Positions 9,449 to 20,400 of a DNA stretch of 43,862 nucleotides are shown here, piece after piece. Under the pieces are notes generated by a model that did no database searches, was not told the DNA's origin, and saw only the letters and a list, made by a program, of their open reading frames with translations. Where the stretch lies: positions 1 to 43,862 of the forward strand of contig JBGUXS010000010.1 in the NCBI GenBank assembly GCA_045118155.1, given 5' to 3'. Position 1 is the first letter of the stretch, and each line of letters begins with the position of its first letter. Source of the DNA: Alphaproteobacteria bacterium (GTDB lineage: Bacteria > Pseudomonadota > Alphaproteobacteria > CAAHEQ01 > UBA3637). The position numbers and the translations under genes were made by a program.

Positions 9449-12400
9449 AAAAAATATTAAAAACATTGCACTTTATCCTAAAAATCTGCAAGATCCTATT
9501 GGTGTGTGGGGTAATCATGCTTGGCTTTTTATTTGCCCATTTTTATCACAACCCAAAAGATGTTAAAGCTATTTTTCCAAGAATTGTTAATGTTTTGAAT
9601 TTACCGGAAGATATGTCCATTGCGGTAGAATCTGTTCATATGCAGACCGATTTTGATAGGGATGGTTTTATTTTGTTAACCATCAAAGGATTGACCTTGA
9701 CAAATAACAAATTAGGAAAAGAAATCTTTTCTTTTCCAGAAATTCAGATGAATTATGGTTTAAGGGCATTATTGCGATTAGATTATCGGCCTAATGTTTT
9801 GGAAATTGATGGGGCCAAGATTGATCTAATTCGGAATGAACAAGGACATTTTTATGTTCAAAACGTGGCCTCTGTTACAGAACCCGAAAGTATTCAAGAT
9901 GTTTCTAAGGAAGAAATGGAAACTTCTATTTTAGGGCATGTAGAATCTGTGTTTTATTATCTGTTTACCTTTAAGCAAGTGGTCTTAGAAAATGCCACTA
10001 TTACTGTGGAAGATTCTATAAACAATAGCCATTTCGTTTTAGAAAACACATCTTTACTTCTTCAGAAAAAAGGAAGAAATATTCATCTTTTTAAAGGGAA
10101 TACCAAACTTAAAAATAATAAGTTTGTAACCGTTTTATCGGGGCAAATGGCCCTAAATCATAAAACACATCAAGTACCTTTCCAATTGAAATTTGATGAT
10201 CTAAATTTAGCTATGCTTCAAGGGGTCTTACCAGAAGATTTTCCAAAAACAGATATGCTTCTTTCAGGAGAAGTTATCGGACAAGCAGATTTCCTTAGAC
10301 CTGGGGGATGGCAGAATTGGATCCAACAAGGTACCGTGGATATTAGGCAACATTCCAAGGGGCAGATTATTTTGCCAACCCCTATTGATAAGACCTATCG
10401 TATTCAGGATTTGTTGTTATCATTAAAACTAAAAAAAGAACTGGAAGGTTGGGACTTAACGGGAACAGCTATGGTGGAAGGGGTCCCAACCCAAATCGTT
10501 GCCGAAGGAATACTGTCTAATTATTGGAAAACGAAAACACTAAAAGATATGTTAACGTTGGTTAAGATTAAGAGTCAAAAAATACCGATTGAAAGCCTGA
10601 AAGTTTTATGGCCAAAAGCCTTAGTTCCAGTTGTTCATACATGGATTCAAGAAAATATGGAAGGGGGGCTTATTCCCACAGCTAACTTCAATTTTGCGTT
10701 CATGGGATTAGATTTAACCAAACTATATGGAGAAGTGGCCGTTGAAGGATCTAAAGTTAGTTATCTGGGGGAACTTCCCCCAATTCAAGGGGCTAAAGGC
10801 ATGATTTATTTAACCCCGACCCAAGTTGATATTAAAGCTAATCAGGGGAAAGTAAGTGGGGGGTTGGATTTAATCCAAGCACACTTAAAATTTTATGATT
10901 TGGATACGGATAAAGAACAAGCATATATTTCTCTGAAAACAGCAGGGCCCCTATCTGGGGTGTTGGCATTATTAGAGCAAAAACCCTTAGAGTTGACGAA
11001 AAATTTTGGTGTTGATCCCAAAGATACGCATGGGGAAACAGTGGCAGAAACGGTTTTGATGTTCCCCTTATCGCAAGATCTGTCTCCACAACAAGTCAAA
11101 GTTAAGGTGTTGGGGACCTTAACTCAAGGACAACTGCCTTTGCCGATTCAAGATAAAATACTTCAAGACATTACTTGTCAAGTTGCCGTTACAGAAGAGG
11201 GAATGGAAATTCAAGGAAGTGGTGTTTTTGAAACAATCCCCTTGCAATTTGAATGGAAGGAAAAATTTACAGGTGGTCCTGTCCATTCAGTTTATAAAAT
11301 TTCGGCCGAACCAAAGGTGGAAAATTTGGTTCCCTTTTGGGCAGATATTACAAAAATTGCTAAAGGAAAACTTGGGTTTGATGTATTTATCCAAAACAAT
11401 AATAATGACGAACAACTTATTGATATAAAAGCAAATCTTAAAAACGCATCTATTAACATATTCCCCATTAATTATGAAAAAGCCTTGGGGCAAGACGCTG
11501 ATTTACATCTTCGGTTAGATAATTTGAAAAAAGGAAAAAATTGTTCTTTTGATTTAAAAAACAAGAAAGGTCTTTTAATAGAAGGTACTGCCTCGTTTGA
11601 TCCAGATTTTGCTTTAACCTTTAAAAAGATAAAAAGTTCTGAAAATGATTTGAGTGCTTCATTGCGTTTACCTAAAAAAGGGGGAATTTACTTACAAGTT
11701 AAAGGAAAAAAATGGGATGCCACTAAATTGATGGATAATCCGCTTAGCAAAAAAACACCAGAGCCTAAGGAATTTGAAGATATTAAGAATCTTAATAAGA
11801 TACCTCAACCTTTACACATTGATATTGCCCTAGATAAATTAACCTTAGCGAAAGATTTTCCCTTTACACCGGTACATATTAATATTCAACGCCAAGGATA
11901 CTTGTATCAAAAACTTGATTTTTATCTGCAAGGGAAAGACAGATTTTATGTACGTTTAAATGAGAAAAATCGTCTAGTTGGTGGAACGGAAAATTTAGGA
12001 GATATTTTAAAACGTCTAGGTTGGACAGACAGATTATTAGGAGGGGTAGCAGATATTACGGGTAAGCAAGAACGCCAAGGGGGAATCAAGGCAGATATTG
12101 AACTAAAAAATATGACTTTAAAAGATTCGGGCTTTTTGACGCAGGCATTGACTATTTTAGGAATTATTGATGCTTTTCAAGGAAAAGAATTAGAATTTAC
12201 AGAAGGGGAAATCCCCTTAGAATTGACTCCACAGCAATCTTTATTCATAAAAGACGGTTATATTGCTGGGCGTAATTTAGGTATTACATTTGAAGGACGC
12301 TTATCCACGCAAAAGGTTGCCTTATCTGGTTCAGTTATTCCGGCTTATGCAATTAACAGTTTGCCTGGAAAGATACCTGTTATTGGGGCCTTGTTCAGAG

Positions 12401-12525
12401 ATTCAAATAAAGGGGGAATTTTTGGAGTTAAGTATGATGTGACAGGAACACCAGCTAATAGAACGATTTCTTTTCATCCATTAAGTTCGGTGGCCCCTGG
12501 TATTTTAGGAAGGTTTTTAAAATGA
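9445..12525 (+). CDS. AsmA/YhdP-like large envelope protein (N-terminal anchor, DUF3971-like C-terminus)
   Basis: About 1026 aa with one N-terminal TM segment, a long beta-rich body and a conserved-looking C-terminus (GGIFGVKYDVTGT...P). I chose the start at MKKILK (9445, ATGA overlap with PiT). Confidence 0.55.
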   Translation: MKKILKTLHFILKICKILLVCGVIMLGFLFAHFYHNPKDVKAIFPRIVNVLNLPEDMSIAVESVHMQTDFDRDGFILLTIKGLTLTNNKLGKEIFSFPEIQMNYGLRALLRLDYRPNVLEIDGAKIDLIRNEQGHFYVQNVASVTEPESIQDVSKEEMETSILGHVESVFYYLFTFKQVVLENATITVEDSINNSHFVLENTSLLLQKKGRNIHLFKGNTKLKNNKFVTVLSGQMALNHKTHQVPFQLKFDDLNLAMLQGVLPEDFPKTDMLLSGEVIGQADFLRPGGWQNWIQQGTVDIRQHSKGQIILPTPIDKTYRIQDLLLSLKLKKELEGWDLTGTAMVEGVPTQIVAEGILSNYWKTKTLKDMLTLVKIKSQKIPIESLKVLWPKALVPVVHTWIQENMEGGLIPTANFNFAFMGLDLTKLYGEVAVEGSKVSYLGELPPIQGAKGMIYLTPTQVDIKANQGKVSGGLDLIQAHLKFYDLDTDKEQAYISLKTAGPLSGVLALLEQKPLELTKNFGVDPKDTHGETVAETVLMFPLSQDLSPQQVKVKVLGTLTQGQLPLPIQDKILQDITCQVAVTEEGMEIQGSGVFETIPLQFEWKEKFTGGPVHSVYKISAEPKVENLVPFWADITKIAKGKLGFDVFIQNNNNDEQLIDIKANLKNASINIFPINYEKALGQDADLHLRLDNLKKGKNCSFDLKNKKGLLIEGTASFDPDFALTFKKIKSSENDLSASLRLPKKGGIYLQVKGKKWDATKLMDNPLSKKTPEPKEFEDIKNLNKIPQPLHIDIALDKLTLAKDFPFTPVHINIQRQGYLYQKLDFYLQGKDRFYVRLNEKNRLVGGTENLGDILKRLGWTDRLLGGVADITGKQERQGGIKADIELKNMTLKDSGFLTQALTILGIIDAFQGKELEFTEGEIPLELTPQQSLFIKDGYIAGRNLGITFEGRLSTQKVALSGSVIPAYAINSLPGKIPVIGALFRDSNKGGIFGVKYDVTGTPANRTISFHPLSSVAPGILGRFLK

Positions 12526-13238
12526 CAAAAGAATTGCTTTTATACGGACTTCATGCGGTAGAAGAAGCCCTTAACAATCCCGCAAGATGTGTTATAGAGG
12601 TTTTATCTTGTGGAAATCCCCCCTTTAAGATAAAAGGGATTCCTTTAAAGAATGTTCCTCGGGGACAACTGGATAAGCTGTTGCCACAAGGGGCTGTACA
12701 TCAAGGTATTGTGGCCCGGGTCAAACCCCTGACACAACCTTCCTTGGAAGAAGTTTTAAGCACCTTAGATAAAAAATCCGAAGCCCAAGTTTTGGTTTTG
12801 GATCAGGTAACAGATCCTCACAATATAGGGGCTTTGTTACGGTCAGCTTTGGGATTTTATGCATCGGCCTTGATTGTGCCAGATGCCCATTGCCCTGAGG
12901 AAACAGCAACATTAGCTAAAACGGCTAGCGGCGCTTTGGAACATGTACCGTTGGTGCGGGTGGGTAATTTAGCCCGAGCTTTGGATACTTTGAAACAGCA
13001 TCATTTTTGGTGTGTGGGGTTGGCTGGAAATTCTCAAACAAATTTATCTACCTTAAAGCTTCCTGCAAAAACGGCGTTTGTCTTAGGAGCAGAAGGGCAG
13101 GGGTTAAGACCACTAACGATTAAAAATTGTGATTATATAGGATTTATCCCTATGAATCCCCAATTAGAAAGTTTTAATGTTTCTAATGCAGGGGCAGTCA
13201 TGATGTATGAATGGATTAAACAACATCCCGTGGCTTAA
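12522..13238 (+). CDS. rlmB: 23S rRNA (guanosine-2'-O)-methyltransferase, SpoU/TrmH family (RlmB-like)
   Basis: LYGLHAVEEAL N-terminal substrate-binding motif. SpoU motifs are present: DQVTDPHNIGALLRSA, LGAEGQGLR, SFNVSNA. Confidence 0.8.
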   Translation: MTKELLLYGLHAVEEALNNPARCVIEVLSCGNPPFKIKGIPLKNVPRGQLDKLLPQGAVHQGIVARVKPLTQPSLEEVLSTLDKKSEAQVLVLDQVTDPHNIGALLRSALGFYASALIVPDAHCPEETATLAKTASGALEHVPLVRVGNLARALDTLKQHHFWCVGLAGNSQTNLSTLKLPAKTAFVLGAEGQGLRPLTIKNCDYIGFIPMNPQLESFNVSNAGAVMMYEWIKQHPVA

Positions 13239-13301
13239 AAATGCTTGCATTTATCCTTTTTATTTTATAGAATCCCTTTTAAGTTTAAAAAAGGAGGTCA
13301 T

Positions 13302-14288
13302 ATGCATAAAAAGCCATGGCTCTTGGGTGCTGTTACCTTGGATGGGAAGGGGGGGGCAAAGCGCCTAACGGAATTTGATATAGAAAAAAACGGTTCTATT
13401 TTAAAAGAAGGAACCCAATGGATTAATCTAAATTTAAAAAAATATGATTCCATTAATTGGTTGCAAAAAAAAGCTAAATTAGAGCCATGGGTTTCTGAAA
13501 TTTTAACCGATACACAAGAATCACGCCCTAGGACGTTATTTCATAAAAATGCATTACTTTTGGTGTTAAGAACGGTTCCTGTTGGATCGCGTTTAGATCC
13601 AGATGACATGATTATTTTACGATTGTGGGTAACCCGTTCTCGCGTGATTACGGTTCAAACAACCCCGGTTGTTTCTCTACAGGGCATTATCAGTGATTTG
13701 GAACGTAGGAAAGGACCACGCAACGGGGGCGAATTGTTGGAATCCATTTTAGATGCCGTTTTGACGGATATTTCTAGAACAGTTTCTAATTTAGAATATG
13801 AAATGGATGATCTGGAAGAAGAAATTATTGCCCATATGGAAGATAAACAAACAATGCCAGAACTGGCAGAATTACAACGGCAACTTGTGGGAATTAGACG
13901 ATATCTGGCCCCTTCTAAAGAGGCTTTTGATGCTTTTTCTAGGGGACGAACTCTCTGGTTTAACGAAGATATTATTCACTTAGCTCAAGAAAGTCAACAT
14001 CGGATGCAACGCATTTTAGAAGATGTAGATTTGCTTAGGGAACGGGCACGTATTAACCAAGAAGTATTACAAGCAAATTCTGCTAAACAGAATCAAAAGA
14101 ATATGTATATGTTGTCAGTTGTGGCAACATTGTTCTTGCCATTGTCTTTCCTAACGGGGCTTTTTGGAATGAATGTAGGGGGTATCCCCTTTGCAACACA
14201 TGGATTTGGATTAGCTATCGTTACTTTATTCATTGCGTTGATTGGGATTGTGTTAATTTTTGTTTTTAAGAAATTAAGATGGATGTAA
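13302..14288 (+). CDS. CorA-family divalent cation transporter, ZntB-like
   Basis: C-terminal two TM helices with FGMNVGGIP (the GMN motif in its ZntB-like form). There is a strong RBS, AAAGGAGG, before the ATG at 13302. Confidence 0.8.
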   Translation: MHKKPWLLGAVTLDGKGGAKRLTEFDIEKNGSILKEGTQWINLNLKKYDSINWLQKKAKLEPWVSEILTDTQESRPRTLFHKNALLLVLRTVPVGSRLDPDDMIILRLWVTRSRVITVQTTPVVSLQGIISDLERRKGPRNGGELLESILDAVLTDISRTVSNLEYEMDDLEEEIIAHMEDKQTMPELAELQRQLVGIRRYLAPSKEAFDAFSRGRTLWFNEDIIHLAQESQHRMQRILEDVDLLRERARINQEVLQANSAKQNQKNMYMLSVVATLFLPLSFLTGLFGMNVGGIPFATHGFGLAIVTLFIALIGIVLIFVFKKLRWM

Positions 14289-15199
14289 TTGATAGAGCGG
14301 CTAAAAATATTCGTCAAGGGAAATTAGTTATCTTCCCCACTGAAACGGTGTATGGTTTGGGGGCAGATGCAACTAATTCTTTGGCTGTACGGGAAATTTA
14401 TGCTGCCAAAGGTCGCCCTAGCTTTAATCCCTTGATTGCACATGTGACTGGGCCAGAGATGGTAGGGCGCTATGCAGATATACCGGATACGGCCTTAAAA
14501 CTGATGGAAACGTATTGGCCAGGGCCTTTAACATTGGTATTGAATAGAAAATCAAACTGTGCTATTGCCCCTGAAGTCAGTGCTAACGGGAAAACTGTTG
14601 CTATGCGGTGCCCGAATCACCCGATAGCGCTAGCTTTGATTCAAAAAGCGGATTTACCCATAGCAGCACCTTCGGCCAATCCTTTTGGAAAGCTGAGTCC
14701 AACACAAGTGGAACATTTAGCACCTTCTATTTTAGAAAAAACATCTTGTGTCTTAGATGGTGGACCTTGTCAAGTGGGGGTAGAATCAACGGTGGTCTTA
14801 ATGACCGAAGAAACACCCGTGATTTTAAGACCAGGATATATTACAAAAGAACAAATAGAACAAACTCTATCATGTTCGGTACGTTTATCTTTAACAGATG
14901 AAACGGCCCCTAAATCGCCAGGGCAATTATTGTCGCATTATGCCCCCCGAAAACATCTTAGAATTAATGTAAAACACCCTGAAAAGGATGAAGTACTCCT
15001 TTCTTTTGGGCCTATTTTAGGATATCTTAACTTAAGTCCTAAGGGGGATGTGGAAGAAGCCGCCCATAATTTATTCAATTATTTAAAACGCTTGGACGAA
15101 GATCCGGCCGTTCAAAAGATTGCCGTCAGTCCTATTCCTAATACAGGGGTTGGAATGGCGGTAAACGACCGTTTATTTCGGGCTAGTACAAAAAAATAA
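14279..15199 (+). CDS. tsaC: L-threonylcarbamoyladenylate synthase (Sua5/YrdC type)
   Basis: KLVIFPTETVYGLGADA, PLIAHV and SANPFGK motifs. The 306-aa length implies YrdC plus the Sua5 C-terminal domain. Confidence 0.85.
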   Translation: MDVIDRAAKNIRQGKLVIFPTETVYGLGADATNSLAVREIYAAKGRPSFNPLIAHVTGPEMVGRYADIPDTALKLMETYWPGPLTLVLNRKSNCAIAPEVSANGKTVAMRCPNHPIALALIQKADLPIAAPSANPFGKLSPTQVEHLAPSILEKTSCVLDGGPCQVGVESTVVLMTEETPVILRPGYITKEQIEQTLSCSVRLSLTDETAPKSPGQLLSHYAPRKHLRINVKHPEKDEVLLSFGPILGYLNLSPKGDVEEAAHNLFNYLKRLDEDPAVQKIAVSPIPNTGVGMAVNDRLFRASTKK

Positions 15200-15209
15200 A
15201 GGAGAACCT

Positions 15210-17168
15210 ATGATTGAACCTAATGCTTTAAGATTTTTAGCAGCTGATATGGTGGAACAAGCTAAATCTGGTCATCCAGGAATGCCAATGGGAATGGCAA
15301 CGGTTGTTAGTGTTTTGTTTTCTAGATTTTTAAAGTTTTATGCCCCGGATCCCTTATGGCCAGATCGGGATAGGTTTGTCCTTTCTGGGGGGCATGGTAG
15401 TGCATTATTATATGCCCTAATGTACTTAACCGGGTATCCAGATGTGTCTTTAGATACCCTAAAATCCTTTCGACAACTAGACAGCCCCGCGGCCGGTCAT
15501 CCAGAATACGGGGCATTGATGGGGGTAGAAGTATCTACAGGGCCTTTGGGGCAGGGGCTTGCAAATGCGGTTGGAATGGCCCTTGCAGAACGGATGCTTA
15601 ACGCCCGTTTTCAAGAGCTAGTTAATCATAGGACTTATGTCGTTGTTGGTGATGGGGATTTAATGGAAGGTATTTCTGAAGAAGCAATTTCTTTGGCGGG
15701 ACATTGGCGTCTAAATCGGTTAACGGCATTATGGGATGATAATGGCATTACCATAGACGGGTCAACCAGTAAGGCAACTTCCACGAATATGCGCCTTAGA
15801 TTTGAAGCAAATGGGTGGAATGTGACAGAATGTGATGGGTTAGATGAAGCATCTATTACAAAAGCTTTGGCGTTTACTCAAACATCTGATAAACCAACTC
15901 TTGTGATTTGCCATACGGTAATTGGATATGGAGCCCCTACAAAAGCAGGAACGGCAGCAGCTCATGGGGCACCTTTGGGGACAGAAGAACTCCAAAAAGC
16001 TAAAGAAAATTTGAATTGGCCCTATGACATGTTTGAAGTTCCCGAAGCTGTTTTAGAAGCTTCTCGTCAAGTTGGTTGCCGACAAGAATCCGCCTATAAT
16101 AATTGGAAAAACAACTTAAATAGCAGTATGTTAAAAGAAGAATTTCAAGCAATGCTTGATGGAAAACTTCCCATAGATTTTGAAGAAAAACTAAAGAATT
16201 GGACGGCCAATTTCATCAAAGAACATTCCGAACCTATCGCCACCCGTAAAACATCGGCACTGGTATTGGAAGAGGTGACTAAGCTCTGCCCTAACTTAAT
16301 CACAGGTTCAGCGGATTTAAGTGGATCTTGCTATACAAAAGTAAAAGGATCCGCGGATATTCAAGCTGATAATTTTTTAGGTACCTATATCAATTATGGA
16401 ATTCGGGAACATGCAATGGCGGCCATTATGAATGGGATGGCGGTTCATAAAGGATTTGTTCCTTTATCAAGCACCTTCTTTTCCTTTGTGGACTATATGA
16501 AACCATCAGTTCGTCTTGCAGCGTTGATGAAATTACGGGTTTTATATGTCTTAACTCATGATTCTATTGGGGTCGGGGAAGATGGGCCCACTCATCAACC
16601 GATAGAACAATTAGTGTCGTTGCGGGCGGTTCCGAACTTATATGTTTTTCGTCCCTGTGATATGGTGGAAACAGCCGAAAGTTATGCTTGTGCATTAAAG
16701 GCCGACCATACCCCCAGCGCCCTGGTCCTTTCACGGCAAAACTTGCCTTTATTACGAACAGATGTCACAGAAAATAAAGTCGCTTTGGGCGGATATGTTC
16801 TAAAAGAAGGGCCCACAAGGGATCTCACCCTAATCGCAACGGGATCTGAAGTGGCCTTAGCAATGAAAGCGGCCGAATTGTTGGAATCTGAAGGGATACA
16901 TGCGGCGGTTGTCTCTATGCCGTGCACCGAACTTTTTGAGGCCCAACCTGTTTCTTATCAACAAAAGGTTTTGGGGGATACCCCGCGCCTAGCCATAGAA
17001 ATGGGCAGTTCCCTTGGTTGGTATAAATATCTAGGGGGGGCAGGGGCTGTCTTAGGGGTAGATCAATTTGGGGCCTCAGCACCGGCGCAAAAATTGCTTG
17101 AAAAATTTGGCTTTACCCCGGAACACGTCGTCCAAAAGGCAAAAGAATTGCTTTCTAAACCTTTCTAA
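15210..17168 (+). CDS. tkt: Transketolase
   Basis: SGHPGMPMGMA, GDGDLMEGISEEA and THDSIGVGEDGPTHQP motifs, 652 aa. Confidence 0.95.
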   Translation: MIEPNALRFLAADMVEQAKSGHPGMPMGMATVVSVLFSRFLKFYAPDPLWPDRDRFVLSGGHGSALLYALMYLTGYPDVSLDTLKSFRQLDSPAAGHPEYGALMGVEVSTGPLGQGLANAVGMALAERMLNARFQELVNHRTYVVVGDGDLMEGISEEAISLAGHWRLNRLTALWDDNGITIDGSTSKATSTNMRLRFEANGWNVTECDGLDEASITKALAFTQTSDKPTLVICHTVIGYGAPTKAGTAAAHGAPLGTEELQKAKENLNWPYDMFEVPEAVLEASRQVGCRQESAYNNWKNNLNSSMLKEEFQAMLDGKLPIDFEEKLKNWTANFIKEHSEPIATRKTSALVLEEVTKLCPNLITGSADLSGSCYTKVKGSADIQADNFLGTYINYGIREHAMAAIMNGMAVHKGFVPLSSTFFSFVDYMKPSVRLAALMKLRVLYVLTHDSIGVGEDGPTHQPIEQLVSLRAVPNLYVFRPCDMVETAESYACALKADHTPSALVLSRQNLPLLRTDVTENKVALGGYVLKEGPTRDLTLIATGSEVALAMKAAELLESEGIHAAVVSMPCTELFEAQPVSYQQKVLGDTPRLAIEMGSSLGWYKYLGGAGAVLGVDQFGASAPAQKLLEKFGFTPEHVVQKAKELLSKPF

Positions 17169-17410
17169 TAATCCCGATATTTTTGGGAAGAGTTTTCCTG
17201 AAAAACCAAAGGAAATCCGAAGAGGTTTTCCACAAAAATCTTATATCTTTTTAAGGCCCGGGAAGCAACCTCTTCCAGCTTTTTTTCTTTTTCGGAACTT
17301 TCTCGTGCCAGGTGACGCCGCCGGGCATAAATAAACTTTCGGATTTTAATCAGCTTTTTTAAATCAGATGTTCGCATTGGCATATTCTATTCTAGCTTTT
17401 ATAAGAAAAA

Positions 17411-17432
17411 AGCAGGGGTTTTAGCCCCTGCT
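17411..17432 (-). terminator. Rho-independent terminator of the autotransporter gene
   Basis: agcagggg / cccctgct 8-bp stem with a 6-nt loop. It is followed on the minus strand by a T-run (complement of the a-run at 17406-17410). Confidence 0.6.
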
Positions 17433-17439
17433 TTAAAAG

Positions 17440-20400
17440 TTAAAAAGCGTATTTAGCTTTTAACATACCGGTATGACTTTGATAATCTTTCCGGAAATTC
17501 CCCGTATATTCAAGACCAACCGTCCAATCTTTCAAAGTTGTTTCAAGACCGACCCCTGTTTCAACCCCAAATCGTTTTAGGCGTTCTCCAACGATTTGAT
17601 AGCTACTGCCACCAGGTAATGTCACATGGGCAGTAGAATCGGAACTATGTAGATCATAGGTAGCAGCTAAACGCAAAGTAGGCTTAAAGGTCCAATCCTT
17701 TGCTTGAACGCTTGTTTTGTATTTAACGCCTACAACTCCAGTCAAGACATCTGTATTATTTGAAGCAACTCGTTGCAATCCATCAAAATAGGCATCTTGT
17801 TTAGCTAACAAATATCTTGCCCCAATTTCTGGACTTAACCCATTTGCGAAATCATACCCCGTCATAACATTAAGAGCATAAGTACTTACGTCATACTTAG
17901 ACTTGAAAGTAACACCCATTGGGGCTTTCTTTTCTTCATATGGGTTAAATCCATAGGCCGCTAAAGTATGTACATACCAAGCATCTGGTTGATAGGCCCC
18001 ATACACAAAGACATTGTGTCCATCAATATTAAGGCGTCTAGATCCTGCATGCGAATGGGTATATGTATATCCATACCCAACCCCAAGGGTTAAGGCGTCA
18101 TTAACTTTTCCATCTAACCCGAAAGCAACCCCAGCGGTGTTGGCTTTAAATCCTGTTGTGGATTGGGAAGCATCTTGTTTGCTGTGGTTATACAAACCTT
18201 GTACCCAAACATTGCCCCCTGTGAAAGTATCCCCCCCAGAACGACCTAAAATATCTATTCTGTTGGTGGCGGCATCAGCAATTAAGGTAATAACTGCCTG
18301 GGCGACCCCCATGACATTATCAGATGTATCTGGTGCTAATTCTTCTGCTGCTTTGGTGGCCTCAGAAGGATTCGTTTGTAAAGATTCAGACAAGGCTTGT
18401 GCCACAGGATGATCTGAATCAGAAGTAGCAACCGCCGCTATTGTGGCTGCCTGATTAGCGGTTCCCCCCGCTTCTACAACGGCTTCGGCGATATTCTCTG
18501 AAGATTTCTTGGCAATTGCATAGGTTCCATTAGTATCTGTCGTTGTGATATCAAACAAAGCATTACTGTTTAATGTAAATTCGGTATCTAAAGAACCAGT
18601 CACTAGCTGATAAGTATCTTCAGAAAAATTCTTATCAAAGACGAAACTTAAACTAGCCCCTTGGTTTTCAACGGTATTTGAAATTGTGGTTGTGCCCCCA
18701 TTTACTGTTAAGGAAGCTGTATCTGTAAAGATAGTCGTCCCGCTCCCGGCGATACCACCATCCAAAGTCGTATTTCCTTTAAAGGTTAAGGTCCCTTGGT
18801 TATTGTAGATATCGTTAAGCTCTCCTTGATCTTTGTTGCCACTAAAAGTTGCATCACTTTCAAAGGTAATTGTTCCTTTGTCGTTAAAGATAGCAGATCC
18901 AAAAGCAGCTGTATTATTTTCAAATATGGCCTTTTGGTTAAACGCTATTTGCCCTTTGTCATTAAAGATAGCCCCCCCACGGTAATTTGCATTGTTTCCT
19001 GTAAAAGTGGCATTCCCGTTAAAGGTTGCTGTCGGAGCAAAAGATCCATAGCGGTTTCTTAAAGCCCCACCATCCCCGTTGGTAGAACTGCCATTTCCGG
19101 CAGCATTGTTATTTTCAAAAGTGGCATCTCCATCAAAAATAATATAACTCCAGTTTTGAATAACCCCGGCATTTTGGTGCACTAAGTTGTTACGGAAAGT
19201 GGAACTACCCAAAAATTCAAATGTGGATTTTCCTTTCCCGTTATAGAGCAAAGCAAAATTATCAGAGGAACTAGTACTTATATTTTCATTATTTTGTAGG
19301 GTGAAGCCATCCCCAATTCTGACCGTTGCATTAGAACCATCATTTGTTGAAAGGGTCCACGCTGGGTTATTTTCAAATAACGCATTCTTCCCCAAAGTGA
19401 ACGTGGTTCCCGTGCTGTGGATATTAATAGAACTCCTATTATTGGTAAATATTGCATTATCCCCAATTACATGAGTTCCTCCCCCAACAACAACAGCCTC
19501 TTTAATACCAGTAAATTTAGCGTTATTCCCAATAGTAACGTCCCCCCCATTAGGACTGTATATAGCACAATCATGTCCTGCGGGAACACTTGTCCGTTCA
19601 ACAGTCAAGTTATCCCCAATAACAACGATTCCGTGATCATTATAAATATCAGATCCATGTCCAAGGGTAGACCCTTCACCTAAAGAGATGTTATCTTGGA
19701 AGAAAGCCCCATCTCCAATGGTTAAAGTGCCAGAGTTATAAATCGCCCCCCCTTTTAAAGTGGCCGTATTTCCTATAAACTTTTGTGTTCCAGATAACGT
19801 CAACGTCCCCTCATTATAAATAGCACCCCCAGCCGTCGTGGCGGTGTTATCTGTAAAGGTTGTATTACTGAGGTACACGCTACCTGTCTGAGATGTCCCT
19901 TTATGATTATAAATGGCCCCCCCATTTTCTGCGGAATTAGAGGTAAATGTTGAATCCGTCACCTTAACATATCCATCCCCAGCCGCATCATTATAAAGGT
20001 AATTGCTAATAGCACCACCATTTGTCCCAGCCGTATTTCCAGTAAAGGTTGTCTTGGAAATATCCAACTTTGCCCCAGAATCATCACCGACTTCATGTGC
20101 CCGTGTTCCAATAGCTCCACCGGCTAAGGTGGCGGTGTTGGAATCAAATATAGCACCATTAATGATGACTTGCCCTTGAGCCCCCACAAATGCAGCCCCA
20201 GAACCACCATTTATTGCACTGTTAGAAATAAATTGGACATTGTCTAAAGTAGAAGTGGCATTCTTTGAATATAAACCAAGCGCCCCAACAGAGTTGGCAT
20301 GGTTATTCTGAAATATCGTGTTTGTAATACACATACCACCAGTGGCTCCACTCGTATCTGTAACGGCCCCATCTTGGGCTGCGCTATTACCGTCAAAAAT

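Noticed and set aside
17165-17383. 72-aa basic ORF (minus strand) between tkt and the autotransporter
   Set aside because: There is no Shine-Dalgarno sequence before either candidate ATG. It overlaps the tkt stop, lies upstream of the autotransporter terminator and has a low-complexity K/R/E-rich sequence. It could be real, but I cannot support it.
18014-19683. Plus-strand ORFs inside the autotransporter gene (18014-18412, 18796-19062, 19417-19683) and the minus-strand ORF at 19278-19466
   Set aside because: They are antisense to or out of frame with a clearly coding repeat-rich gene, and their translations are low-complexity.
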